This document shows, piece by piece, positions 20,446-28,905 of a stretch of 64,000 nt of DNA (position 1 is the stretch's first letter; every line of letters begins with the position of its first letter). The stretch is taken from the NCBI GenBank assembly GCA_965204755.1, contig OZ242011.1, positions 672,001 to 736,000 on the forward strand. The letters run 5' to 3'. A program made the translations under genes and the position numbers. The stretch comes from Candidatus Marinacidobacterium sp. (lineage in GTDB: Bacteria > Acidobacteriota > Vicinamibacteria > Marinacidobacterales > Marinacidobacteraceae). A model generated the notes under the pieces. It made no database searches. It was not told the DNA's origin and saw nothing but the letters and a program-made list of their open reading frames with translations.

Positions 20446-21732
20446 ATGCTGGTGGCCTTCGCGCTTGAAAACTACGCCTGCTTTCGTGACCGGCAGGAGG
20501 TGAACACTCACGCCATCCCGCGCACAAGCGATGTTCACGCCTTCAGCAGCGACTGCCCACAGGCTCCTCGGTTGAACCGGGTGACCGCGATCTACGGTCC
20601 CAACGGCAGTGGTAAGTCCCGGCTCTTGAACGCCCTGATGATCGCCAGACAGTTGGTGCTCGGGTCGGCGAAAGACCGTCAGAAAGGTGAGCACTTGCCC
20701 TACGCGCCGTTCTTTTTCGACAAGCGCACACGAACGCAGCCGACAACTTTCGAAACCTGCTTCATCGAGGAGGGAACCTACTACGAGTACCGGTTTTCGC
20801 ACGATCAGAACTGCATCCAGGACGAAACCCTCTTTGCGTGGCCTCCGGGCGGGCGAAAACGGATGCTCTTGGAGCGTCATCGAACACCCAACGCCAGCCC
20901 CGACTACTGCGAATTCGGCAGTTCTGTCACTGGTGCGAAGGCGATCTGGCGACAAAGCACGCGCTCAAACGCACTCCTCGTTTCTGTCGCAGCGCAACTC
21001 AACAGCGACGCATTCTCCCCCGTTGTACGGTGGTTTCAGAGGCTGGCCGGTATCAGTGCCGAGTACTTTCCCGAACAGTTCACGGCCCAAGCTATCTTCG
21101 AGAGTGAAGAACGAAGAAAACGCGTTCTGCACATGCTGCAGGATGCCGACATCGCCGTCTCTGAGTTTTCTGTACGCAAGGAAACACAGAAACTCGAGGC
21201 GATCAAGGACGATTTCCCACCCAACGTCGTCAAGACGCTGTCTCAGACGGGCGTGAGCTCCTTTGACACCTTCCGGACTCGCTTCGAGCATACGCCGCCG
21301 GGGTCTTCCGAGAGACACTTTCTCGACTTGGAGGACGAGTCCGACGGGACCCAACGCGCCTTCGCCCTGGCTCATCCTTGGATCGAGATGCTTGACGACG
21401 ACCGAGTCCTCGTCGTAGATGAACTGGACAGGAGCCTCCATCCGATTCTCGTAGACGCCTTGTTGAGGAAAGTCAACGACCCCGACAGCGATGGTCGGCC
21501 TCGTCGCGCTCAGTTGGTCGCTACGCTACATGACACCTCCCTCATGGCCGACCCACTGGCGCGCGGGCAGGTGTGGTTGACGGACAAGGATAGACCGAGC
21601 GAAGCAGCCACGCTAAGGCCTCTATCCGACCACCACCCACGAAAGGGGGAAGCGATTGAGCGTGGCTATCTCGCCGGGCGCTACGGGGGAGTCCCCATTA
21701 CGAGCACGGTGCACTACGCGCCAACGACTTGA
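20446..21732 (+). CDS. rloA: RloA-like AAA_21/ABC-type ATPase
   Basis: ENYACF, IYGPNGSGKS, ESDGT signature, VDELDRSLHP, TLHD, YLAGRYGGVP; lower GC than flanks. Confidence 0.85.
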   Translation: MLVAFALENYACFRDRQEVNTHAIPRTSDVHAFSSDCPQAPRLNRVTAIYGPNGSGKSRLLNALMIARQLVLGSAKDRQKGEHLPYAPFFFDKRTRTQPTTFETCFIEEGTYYEYRFSHDQNCIQDETLFAWPPGGRKRMLLERHRTPNASPDYCEFGSSVTGAKAIWRQSTRSNALLVSVAAQLNSDAFSPVVRWFQRLAGISAEYFPEQFTAQAIFESEERRKRVLHMLQDADIAVSEFSVRKETQKLEAIKDDFPPNVVKTLSQTGVSSFDTFRTRFEHTPPGSSERHFLDLEDESDGTQRAFALAHPWIEMLDDDRVLVVDELDRSLHPILVDALLRKVNDPDSDGRPRRAQLVATLHDTSLMADPLARGQVWLTDKDRPSEAATLRPLSDHHPRKGEAIERGYLAGRYGGVPITSTVHYAPTT

Positions 21733-22362
21733 GTGGCCCGATCAACCGGACACCGACGAGGACGTCGGTTGCCGCCGTCCACGCAAGGTGGCAAACGGAT
21801 TACGATCGTCTGCGAGGGAAGTCGAACTGAACCGCAGTATTTTGGGCAACTCAAACAGCTCCGACGCCTCAGAACGGTTCGCGTCGTCTCCGCGACGCCT
21901 TCGGATCTGACCGGTGTGAAGCGGGCGGTGCGTGAAGCAGTCATTCTCGCCCTCGGCAGTGACGAAGTATGGTGTGTCGTAGACGATGATGAGCGTCGGG
22001 AAGACATTGCATCTCTTCGGGAGTACCTCAAGCGAATCCAGGCAAGGAAGCCATCTGTGCGTGTCTGCCTCGCGCTGTCAATGCCGTGTTTCGAATACTG
22101 GCTTCTTCTCCATTTCGAATACACAACCAGAGCCTTCCTCGGCACTCCGGGACGCTCCGCATGCCGCCGGGTTATCTCCGAGTTGAAGCGGCATCTACCC
22201 GACTACGAGAAGAACGACCCGAGACTCTTCGTTCACCTTCAGGAGCGGTTGCCGGCGGCGGTAGCACGGGCGAAACGAGGGCGGGCGGAGGGATCTTCGT
22301 TCACGGATGTCGGGGAGTTGGTGGGGCGGCTGCTGCATCTGGACGATAGTGGATCAAGCTGA
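21733..22362 (+). CDS. rloB: RloB family protein
   Basis: IVCEGSRTEPQYF, VWCVVDDD, SMPCFEYWLLLHF, YEKND, TDVGELV. Confidence 0.88.
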   Translation: MARSTGHRRGRRLPPSTQGGKRITIVCEGSRTEPQYFGQLKQLRRLRTVRVVSATPSDLTGVKRAVREAVILALGSDEVWCVVDDDERREDIASLREYLKRIQARKPSVRVCLALSMPCFEYWLLLHFEYTTRAFLGTPGRSACRRVISELKRHLPDYEKNDPRLFVHLQERLPAAVARAKRGRAEGSSFTDVGELVGRLLHLDDSGSS

Positions 22363-22367
22363 CGGCG

Positions 22368-23087
22368 GTGGCGGGAGAAGTGGGCCCTCTGACTACACCC
22401 GGAGTGGCCTTGGCGCTGAGTTACGGGTATGTGGGGGTTCTCGCCGTCGTGGCGGAGGGGATGCGGCGGGCGGGGTGGGTTTCCGGGGGGGCGGCGCGGA
22501 AGGGGATCCATGTGGGGGTGGGGTTGTGGGTCGTTCCTACCGTTTTCCTTTTCGCCGATTGGAGGGTGGCGGTGATTCCGCCGGTCACCTTCGCGATCGG
22601 GAATTTCCTCGTCCATCGGTTTCGGCTGTCGCCGGAGATGGACGAAGACCCGACGAACTTCGGGACGGTGTTCTTCCCGATTTCGTTCGCGCTGTTGCTC
22701 GCGGTGTTCTTCCGGCCCGGAGAGGCGGGAGATGCTTCGTATGCGGCGGTGGCGGGTTTGCTCTGCCTGGCGCTCGGGGACGCGGCGGCGGCGGTGGTCG
22801 GGAAGAGGTACGGGACTCGGCGTTACTTCGCCTTCGGACACGCGCGGACGATGGAAGGGAGTTTCGCCATGTTCCTCGTGTCCGGGGCGGCGGTGGCGGG
22901 AGTGCTGGTCGCGATGGCCGGGTTCGGTTGGCATCCGGCGCTCGCGTTCGGGCTGGTTACCGGGACCGCCGCGGCCGGGATCGAGGCGTTTTGCCCGTAC
23001 GGCAGCGACAACCTGTTCGTGCCCGTCGGGGTCGCGGGCGTGCTCTGCGGGCTCGTCGAGATCAGCAGCGCCACGCTCGGCGGTTGA
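22368..23087 (+). CDS. phytol/dolichol kinase-like (CTP-dependent) membrane protein
   Basis: ARKGIHVGVG, LGDAAAAVVG, RTMEGS, GSDNLFVP. Confidence 0.82.
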   Translation: MAGEVGPLTTPGVALALSYGYVGVLAVVAEGMRRAGWVSGGAARKGIHVGVGLWVVPTVFLFADWRVAVIPPVTFAIGNFLVHRFRLSPEMDEDPTNFGTVFFPISFALLLAVFFRPGEAGDASYAAVAGLLCLALGDAAAAVVGKRYGTRRYFAFGHARTMEGSFAMFLVSGAAVAGVLVAMAGFGWHPALAFGLVTGTAAAGIEAFCPYGSDNLFVPVGVAGVLCGLVEISSATLGG

Positions 23088-23169
23088 AGCGCCGGGCGGG
23101 ATCGAGGAACCCGGAGGGGATCGGACTCGGCTGCCGCCGGAGCGCGGCGGAAGAAACGCGAGACGACCA

Positions 23170-24525
23170 TTGACGACCCGGGCCGCTCCCGGCGGCGGCG
23201 AACGGCGGCACGACCTCGACGCCCTGCGGGCGTTCGCCATGCTGCTGGGCATCGCGCTGCACGGGGCGTTGTCGTTCATTCCCGAGGTATGGCCGGTTAC
23301 CGATTCGTCGCAGGAGTCGGCGGATCTCTTCGGGCTCCTGGCGCTGTTCATCCACGGTTTCCGGATGCCGCTGTTCTTCCTGATGAGCGGCTTCTTCACC
23401 GCCATGCTGTGGAGGCGCCGCGGGTTGGGCGCGGTGGTCCGCCAGCGGTTCCGGCGGGTGTTCCTCCCGCTGGTCCTCGCTTCGGTCACGATCGTTCCGA
23501 TGATGAACCTGCTGATCGCGTCCGTCTTCGACCCGGCGGCGTACGAAGCGGAGGGCGGGGCCGACAGCCTCACGGTGCTGGACGGCACGCTGGCGGCGGG
23601 GTCGCTCGGCGCGAAGGCCGAGGTCGGCGGCCCGCGAGGAACCGGCCCGGAGAGCGGCGGCGGTTACCTCGCGCCCTGGTACTGGGAGTTCGTCCATTCG
23701 GACGCGCTCGAGATCGGCGCCGGGGACGCGGCGCCGTTCCACCTGGTCCATACGCCGCTGTTCCACCACTTGTGGTTCCTGTGGTTCCTCTGCTGGCTGG
23801 CGGCCGGATTCCTGGCGCTCGCCGCGCTCGCGGAACGATTCGGCCGGCGGTGGCCGCCGTTCCCGGAGCGCCTCGTAGTTTCGCCTTGGCTGTTCGCGTG
23901 GGCGTTGCCGCTGACCGCCGCCGTCCAGTGGTTCATGGGGATCGAAGGGACCGCGCCGGAGTTCGGCCCGGACACGGCGACCGGATTGATCCCGCCGCCG
24001 CACCTGCTGGCCTACTACGCGATCTTCTTCGCGTTCGGCGCGTTGCTCTTCGGCTGCGACGAAGGCGGCGGGCGCATCACGCGGGGATGGCCGGCGGCGC
24101 TCGCGGTCGGGATACTGCTGTTCCTGCCGTCGGTGGTCTTCACCTTCGGGGCGGACGAGTCGGGCTCGGGCCGGAACCGGCTGCTCGCGGCCTTCGGACA
24201 GGCGGCTTACGCGTGGCTGATGACGCTCGGCCTCATGGGGCTCTTCCGCGCCGTCCTCCGCCGGGGGAGTTACGCCGCGCGCTACCTCTCCGATTCCGCC
24301 TACTGGCTCTATGTGGCGCACCTGCCGGTCATCCTCCTCGCCCAGCACGCCGTCGCCCGCCTGGCGCTCCCCGCCGCCGTGAAGTTCGCCGTCATCTGCG
24401 CGGCGACGACCGGCGCGTTGCTGCTCGCGTATCGCTACGGCGTGCGTTACACGCCGATCGGTACGCTGCTCAACGGCAAGCGCGTCCGCCCGCTCCGGGG
24501 CGCGGCGACCGCGCGGCCGGGGTAA
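23170..24525 (+). CDS. acyltransferase-3 (OpgC-like) membrane protein
   Basis: RHDLDALRAFAMLLG, FRMPLFFLMSG, HHLWFL, SAYWLYVAH; TTG start inferred. Confidence 0.85.
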   Translation: MTTRAAPGGGERRHDLDALRAFAMLLGIALHGALSFIPEVWPVTDSSQESADLFGLLALFIHGFRMPLFFLMSGFFTAMLWRRRGLGAVVRQRFRRVFLPLVLASVTIVPMMNLLIASVFDPAAYEAEGGADSLTVLDGTLAAGSLGAKAEVGGPRGTGPESGGGYLAPWYWEFVHSDALEIGAGDAAPFHLVHTPLFHHLWFLWFLCWLAAGFLALAALAERFGRRWPPFPERLVVSPWLFAWALPLTAAVQWFMGIEGTAPEFGPDTATGLIPPPHLLAYYAIFFAFGALLFGCDEGGGRITRGWPAALAVGILLFLPSVVFTFGADESGSGRNRLLAAFGQAAYAWLMTLGLMGLFRAVLRRGSYAARYLSDSAYWLYVAHLPVILLAQHAVARLALPAAVKFAVICAATTGALLLAYRYGVRYTPIGTLLNGKRVRPLRGAATARPG

Positions 24526-24560
24526 CGGGAACGGGATGACGCCGAACGGGCCGCGACCGA

Positions 24561-25892
24561 TCAGAGCGACGCGGCGACCAACTCCACGATCCGGTCGGCC
24601 TCGGCCTCGGTGAGCGAGAGAGCCGGGCGGAAACGCGCGGTGCGGGGACCGCAACCGAGCAGGAGCAGGCGGTTCCCGTAGGCGCGGGCGAGGAAGCGGT
24701 CGCGCTCCCCGGTCGTGGGCAGGTCGAAGGCGCAGAAGAGGCCGCGCCCCCGGACCGCGCTCATCCGTCCGCCGCTCCCCTCGGCCAGCCGATGGAGTCC
24801 GGCGAGCAGGTGTTCGCCCACCCGGGCGGCGTTCTCGATGAGCCGCTCTTCCTCGATGATTTCGAGGTAACGCCCGAAACGAACCATGTCCACCAGGTTG
24901 CCGCCGAAGGTGGAGTTGATGCGGGAGGAGAGCCGGAACACATTCTCGGGAACCTCGTCGAGCCGGGGCCCGGCCAGCACGCCGCAGACCTGCGCCTTCT
25001 TGCCGAACGCGAGCAGGTCGGGAGCGACGCCGAAGTGCTGGTAACACCACATCTTCCCGGTCATGCCCACGCCGGTCTGCACCTCGTCGAAGATCAACAG
25101 GAACTCGCGCTCGTCGGCGAGCCTCCGGACCGCCCGGAAGAACTCCCCGCGGAAGTGGTGGTCGCCGCCCTCCCCCTGGATCGGTTCGAGGATGAGCGCG
25201 GCGATGTCGTCCGGGTGTTCCGCGAGCGCCCGTTCGATCTGCGCCAGCGCCCGGGCTTCGGCGGCTTCGGTCTCGGCGAGGCGCTCCGCTTCCGGGAACC
25301 GGATGTAGGGGTTCTCGACCCGCGGCCAGTCGAACTTCGGGAAGTAGGCGACCTTGATCTCTTCGGTGTTCGTGAGCGAGAGCGCGTAACCGGTGCGCCC
25401 GTGGAAGGCGTCCCGGAGGTGCAGGATCCGGCTCCCCTTCTCGCCCCGGCCCGCGGCCAGGTTCTTCCGCACCTTCCAGTCGAAGGCGGCCTTCAACGCG
25501 TTCCCGACCGCCACCGCGCCCCCGGCCACGAAGAAGACCCGCGGCAACTCCGGCGGAATGCCGAACCGGGCGAAGGTGTCCACGAACCGCGCCATCTCGA
25601 CCGTGTAGAAGTCCGAGTTGGAGGGGTTGTGGACGGCCACCCGGCCGAGGCGGTCGCGGAAGTCCGGGTCGGAGAGCCCGGGGTGGTTGTGGCCGATCGG
25701 GTTCGTCGCGTAGTAGGAGAAGCAGTCGAGGTAGTCCCGCCCGGTCCGGGCGCAGCGCAGGTAGGCGCCGCGGCTCCGGTCGAGGTCGAGGACCAGGTCC
25801 AGCCCGTCGGTGATGAAGTGGCGCCGGAGGTGGTCGTGGACCTCGCCGGGCGCCGGCGGCGGAACACGAACGCGGCTGGAAGGTGCGCTCAT
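24561..25892 (-). CDS. lat: L-lysine 6-transaminase
   Basis: NALKAAFDWK, FHGRTGY, EPIQGEGGD, FDEVQTG, FGKKAQVCG, RINSTFGGN. Confidence 0.92.
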   Translation of the reverse strand: MSAPSSRVRVPPPAPGEVHDHLRRHFITDGLDLVLDLDRSRGAYLRCARTGRDYLDCFSYYATNPIGHNHPGLSDPDFRDRLGRVAVHNPSNSDFYTVEMARFVDTFARFGIPPELPRVFFVAGGAVAVGNALKAAFDWKVRKNLAAGRGEKGSRILHLRDAFHGRTGYALSLTNTEEIKVAYFPKFDWPRVENPYIRFPEAERLAETEAAEARALAQIERALAEHPDDIAALILEPIQGEGGDHHFRGEFFRAVRRLADEREFLLIFDEVQTGVGMTGKMWCYQHFGVAPDLLAFGKKAQVCGVLAGPRLDEVPENVFRLSSRINSTFGGNLVDMVRFGRYLEIIEEERLIENAARVGEHLLAGLHRLAEGSGGRMSAVRGRGLFCAFDLPTTGERDRFLARAYGNRLLLLGCGPRTARFRPALSLTEAEADRIVELVAASL

Positions 25893-25934
25893 CGAACTCG
25901 GGAAATTACCAGCCCCGGCGTCTTCCCCTCGCCG

Positions 25935-28880
25935 CTACGCCTTGCGGAACCCCTCGAATACCGGCTCGGCGACCAGGGCGTACTCCTCGGCCTGCTCGAA
26001 CCGGTAGGTGAAACTCCGTTTCGCGGCCGGGCGCTTCTTGCCCCCGTGCACCGAGGGCTCCGCGCACCATTTGGCGGCGAGCCGCCGCACGCCCCGGAAG
26101 GTGTCTTCGTCGAAGCCCAGCAGGTCGCACACCACCCGCCGATCGAGGAGCGCGCGATTCGGGTCGGTGTCGGCGAGATACGCGGGCTGCAGGGCCAAGT
26201 CCCGAAACTCGTCGAAGATGAGGCGGGCGCTGTCGAGTTGGCGCTCGTCGAGTTCGCGAAAGTCGAGTACGGGAAGCGCGTCCATGCCCGTCACGGTGAT
26301 GGCGGCCTTGCTCGACTGTTGTCGGTTCGCATGCCACCAGTGACCGACGAGACCCGGCGAGCAGTTGCCCCACAGGCTGAACACGAAGTCGAAGCGCGAG
26401 TCGTCCAGGAGCACGCTCGGCCAGACGCGCCCGCCGATCGACTTCCGCTCGGTGAACGCCACGGCCAGCGCCTGCGATCCGAAAGTGAACTCCCCATTCA
26501 AGTGTGCGCGACTGGCTGTCGCCCACGCCTCGGCGGCCCTGGACTCCCGTCGCCTTCGCACCTGGAGCGAGGTGTCCGGTGAGACGACCAGACGCGCCTC
26601 GGCCCGCGCCCGGTGATTCCACAGGGCCGGGTAAGTGGCCGTCGGCGAAGGCGGCCTTCGTTCGAATGCCCCGGGCCGGCCGGCGATGTTCATGTGATGC
26701 CACCCGCGGCGCCCCAAGTCCGCGAGTCCGGTCGTCGCCAGCGGAATCGGGTTCGCGATTCCGGGCAGCCACAGGCTCGAACGGGACAGGGCCTCCGCAG
26801 TTTGGGCGACGGAGAAGTCCCGCATTCGCACGGCGTTCCATGCCGCTCCGCTCCCGGACACAGCGTTCATGATCTCGCCGATACCGTCCTCCCCGATCTC
26901 GACCGGCGTGCCGCCGTAAGGCCCGTCCTCCAGGGCGCGGGCGTCGCGGAGGCCGGCGATCTTCCGCGAGATCGTCGCGGCGGCGGCGAATCCGCGCGGC
27001 CGCCCGGCCAGCGAGACGAACGCGCGACCGCGACTCTCGCCGGAAGTATCCCCGGAGCGCTTTCGCGCCACGACGAGGCACTCGGCCATGCCCGTGTCCG
27101 CCGAGAAGGACATTTCGGCGCCGGTCGCCGCGAGGCTGACGATCTTCAGGTCCTCGTACCCCGCGTCGAAGAGGCGGCGGACCCCTTTCCAGGACGCGCC
27201 GGCGGCGACCGACAGGGGCAGCACGAGCGCGACGACTCCCCCCGGCTTGACCTTGCGGTCGGCGAGGGCGACGAACGCGGAAGCGATCCCCGCGTAACCG
27301 TGGTAACACGAACCCCGCGCGAACCCCGTGACCCGGGCCGCCATGTCCTTTTGGGTCTCCAGACTGGTGCTCAGTCCGCGAAACTGCTTGATCGAGTCCT
27401 CCTTGCGTCCGCTTCCCTCCCAGTCCGAGCCGGCGCGGGTGAACGGCGGGTTCATGATGACGAGGTCGAAGCCGCCGTCCCGGACCTCGGTCGTTACCGC
27501 CGCCGAGGTCTCCTCCCCGACGCTGCCGGTTCGGAGCGCCGGGTCGCTCGTGTTGAAAAGCGTCTGCACTTCGGAGGCGCGCAGCAATTCCAGCGAACCG
27601 AGTTGCACCTCGCCGTCCTTCTGCCGGCCGTAGGGAAGCGTGTAGAGGCGGGACAGCCGGAACCCCTGCCCGGGCGCCAGGCCGGAGAGCGTGGACCCCG
27701 TGATGTGGACCGCCGAAGGCATGACATCACAGCCGTAGAGGACCTCCTCCATCAGCGGACGATGGAGTTTCGAGGCGTCGCCGCCGGCCCGCTCGTGGCG
27801 CGCCGCGATTTCCTCGTACGCCGCGGACAGCAGCGCGCCGGTGCCGCAGGCGAAGTCGCCCACCCGGAGGCGGCCGATCCGTCCGGCGTCCGACCAGTCC
27901 ACCCCGTCCAGCAGGGAAATCGCCAGGCGGGCGAGCAGGGAGGCCGAGGCCGGGAGCGTGTAGAAGGTCGCCAGGTACTTCCGGTCGGCGATCAGCCGCT
28001 GGAAGATGCGGCCGGTCAGGTCGTGGGCGTTCGTCACGCCCAGCGTTTCCATCTCGTCCGTCATCTCGAACAGGCGCTCCAGCATCCAGCGCGCGGCGCC
28101 GGCCGGAATGTGGTTCAGGATGTCCCGCGCGATGGCGAAGATGGACCAGTAGTTGAGTTCGAGGATTCGCGTCCACTCCTCGCGAATCGGCTTTTGCAGG
28201 TTCATCGCGTCCCCGCAGACCAGGCGGGGCGGGGTGATTTCGTCCGTGATCCCGGCGAGGCGGTGGTGGAAGACGACGGCGTTCGCCAGGATCGCGCAGG
28301 CCATCCGGCGCGTCTGCTCGACATCGGGCATACCGAGGAGCCGGGCGATGTCCGGCACGACTCCCGGAACATCCTTGAATCCCCAGGACGCCTGTTCGAT
28401 TCCCTGCTCCATCAGGTCGGCGGCCCGGTCGAACGCGCGGCGGGGGACGGAAGCCACTCGAACCAGGTCCGACAGTTCCTCGACCGAGCCTTCGAGCCAC
28501 CCGGTCTCCGGGAACCGCGTCCCGTCGGCGTGGAAGACGGCGAAGGCGAGACGGGATTGCCGGAGGGGGGCTTCGAGTTCGTACTCGTCCTTCAGCCCCG
28601 CCGGATACCGCACCGCGATCGCGGATTCGATGGGCCGCGTCTCGCCGGCGACCCGGAGGTCGAGCCGGGCCCGCGCTTCCTTCTCGACGGTCCTCGCCGG
28701 TTCGTACTCCGCCTCGATGACCACCGGGGCGCCTCCCGGATCGGTGATGAGGAGATCGGGACGCCCGCCGCTCCCGGCCAGCAGCCCGGCGTGTTCCGCC
28801 CGGATCACGCTCCGGGGCAGCATCCCCCGAAGGAGTGAGCCGAGCGCGTTGTTCGCGTTGGCTTCGACCTGCCCGACCAT
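25935..28880 (-). CDS. Type IIG-like fused restriction endonuclease / N6-adenine methyltransferase, copy A
   Basis: N-terminal RPDLLI...VVIEAE nuclease-like motif; ATFYT, GDFACGTG (motif I), VIMNPPF (motif IV); C-terminal TRD-like region. Confidence 0.82.
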   Translation of the reverse strand: MVGQVEANANNALGSLLRGMLPRSVIRAEHAGLLAGSGGRPDLLITDPGGAPVVIEAEYEPARTVEKEARARLDLRVAGETRPIESAIAVRYPAGLKDEYELEAPLRQSRLAFAVFHADGTRFPETGWLEGSVEELSDLVRVASVPRRAFDRAADLMEQGIEQASWGFKDVPGVVPDIARLLGMPDVEQTRRMACAILANAVVFHHRLAGITDEITPPRLVCGDAMNLQKPIREEWTRILELNYWSIFAIARDILNHIPAGAARWMLERLFEMTDEMETLGVTNAHDLTGRIFQRLIADRKYLATFYTLPASASLLARLAISLLDGVDWSDAGRIGRLRVGDFACGTGALLSAAYEEIAARHERAGGDASKLHRPLMEEVLYGCDVMPSAVHITGSTLSGLAPGQGFRLSRLYTLPYGRQKDGEVQLGSLELLRASEVQTLFNTSDPALRTGSVGEETSAAVTTEVRDGGFDLVIMNPPFTRAGSDWEGSGRKEDSIKQFRGLSTSLETQKDMAARVTGFARGSCYHGYAGIASAFVALADRKVKPGGVVALVLPLSVAAGASWKGVRRLFDAGYEDLKIVSLAATGAEMSFSADTGMAECLVVARKRSGDTSGESRGRAFVSLAGRPRGFAAAATISRKIAGLRDARALEDGPYGGTPVEIGEDGIGEIMNAVSGSGAAWNAVRMRDFSVAQTAEALSRSSLWLPGIANPIPLATTGLADLGRRGWHHMNIAGRPGAFERRPPSPTATYPALWNHRARAEARLVVSPDTSLQVRRRRESRAAEAWATASRAHLNGEFTFGSQALAVAFTERKSIGGRVWPSVLLDDSRFDFVFSLWGNCSPGLVGHWWHANRQQSSKAAITVTGMDALPVLDFRELDERQLDSARLIFDEFRDLALQPAYLADTDPNRALLDRRVVCDLLGFDEDTFRGVRRLAAKWCAEPSVHGGKKRPAAKRSFTYRFEQAEEYALVAEPVFEGFRKA

Positions 28881-28905
28881 GGTGGAGACGCCCTTCCCCT
28901 CGCCG

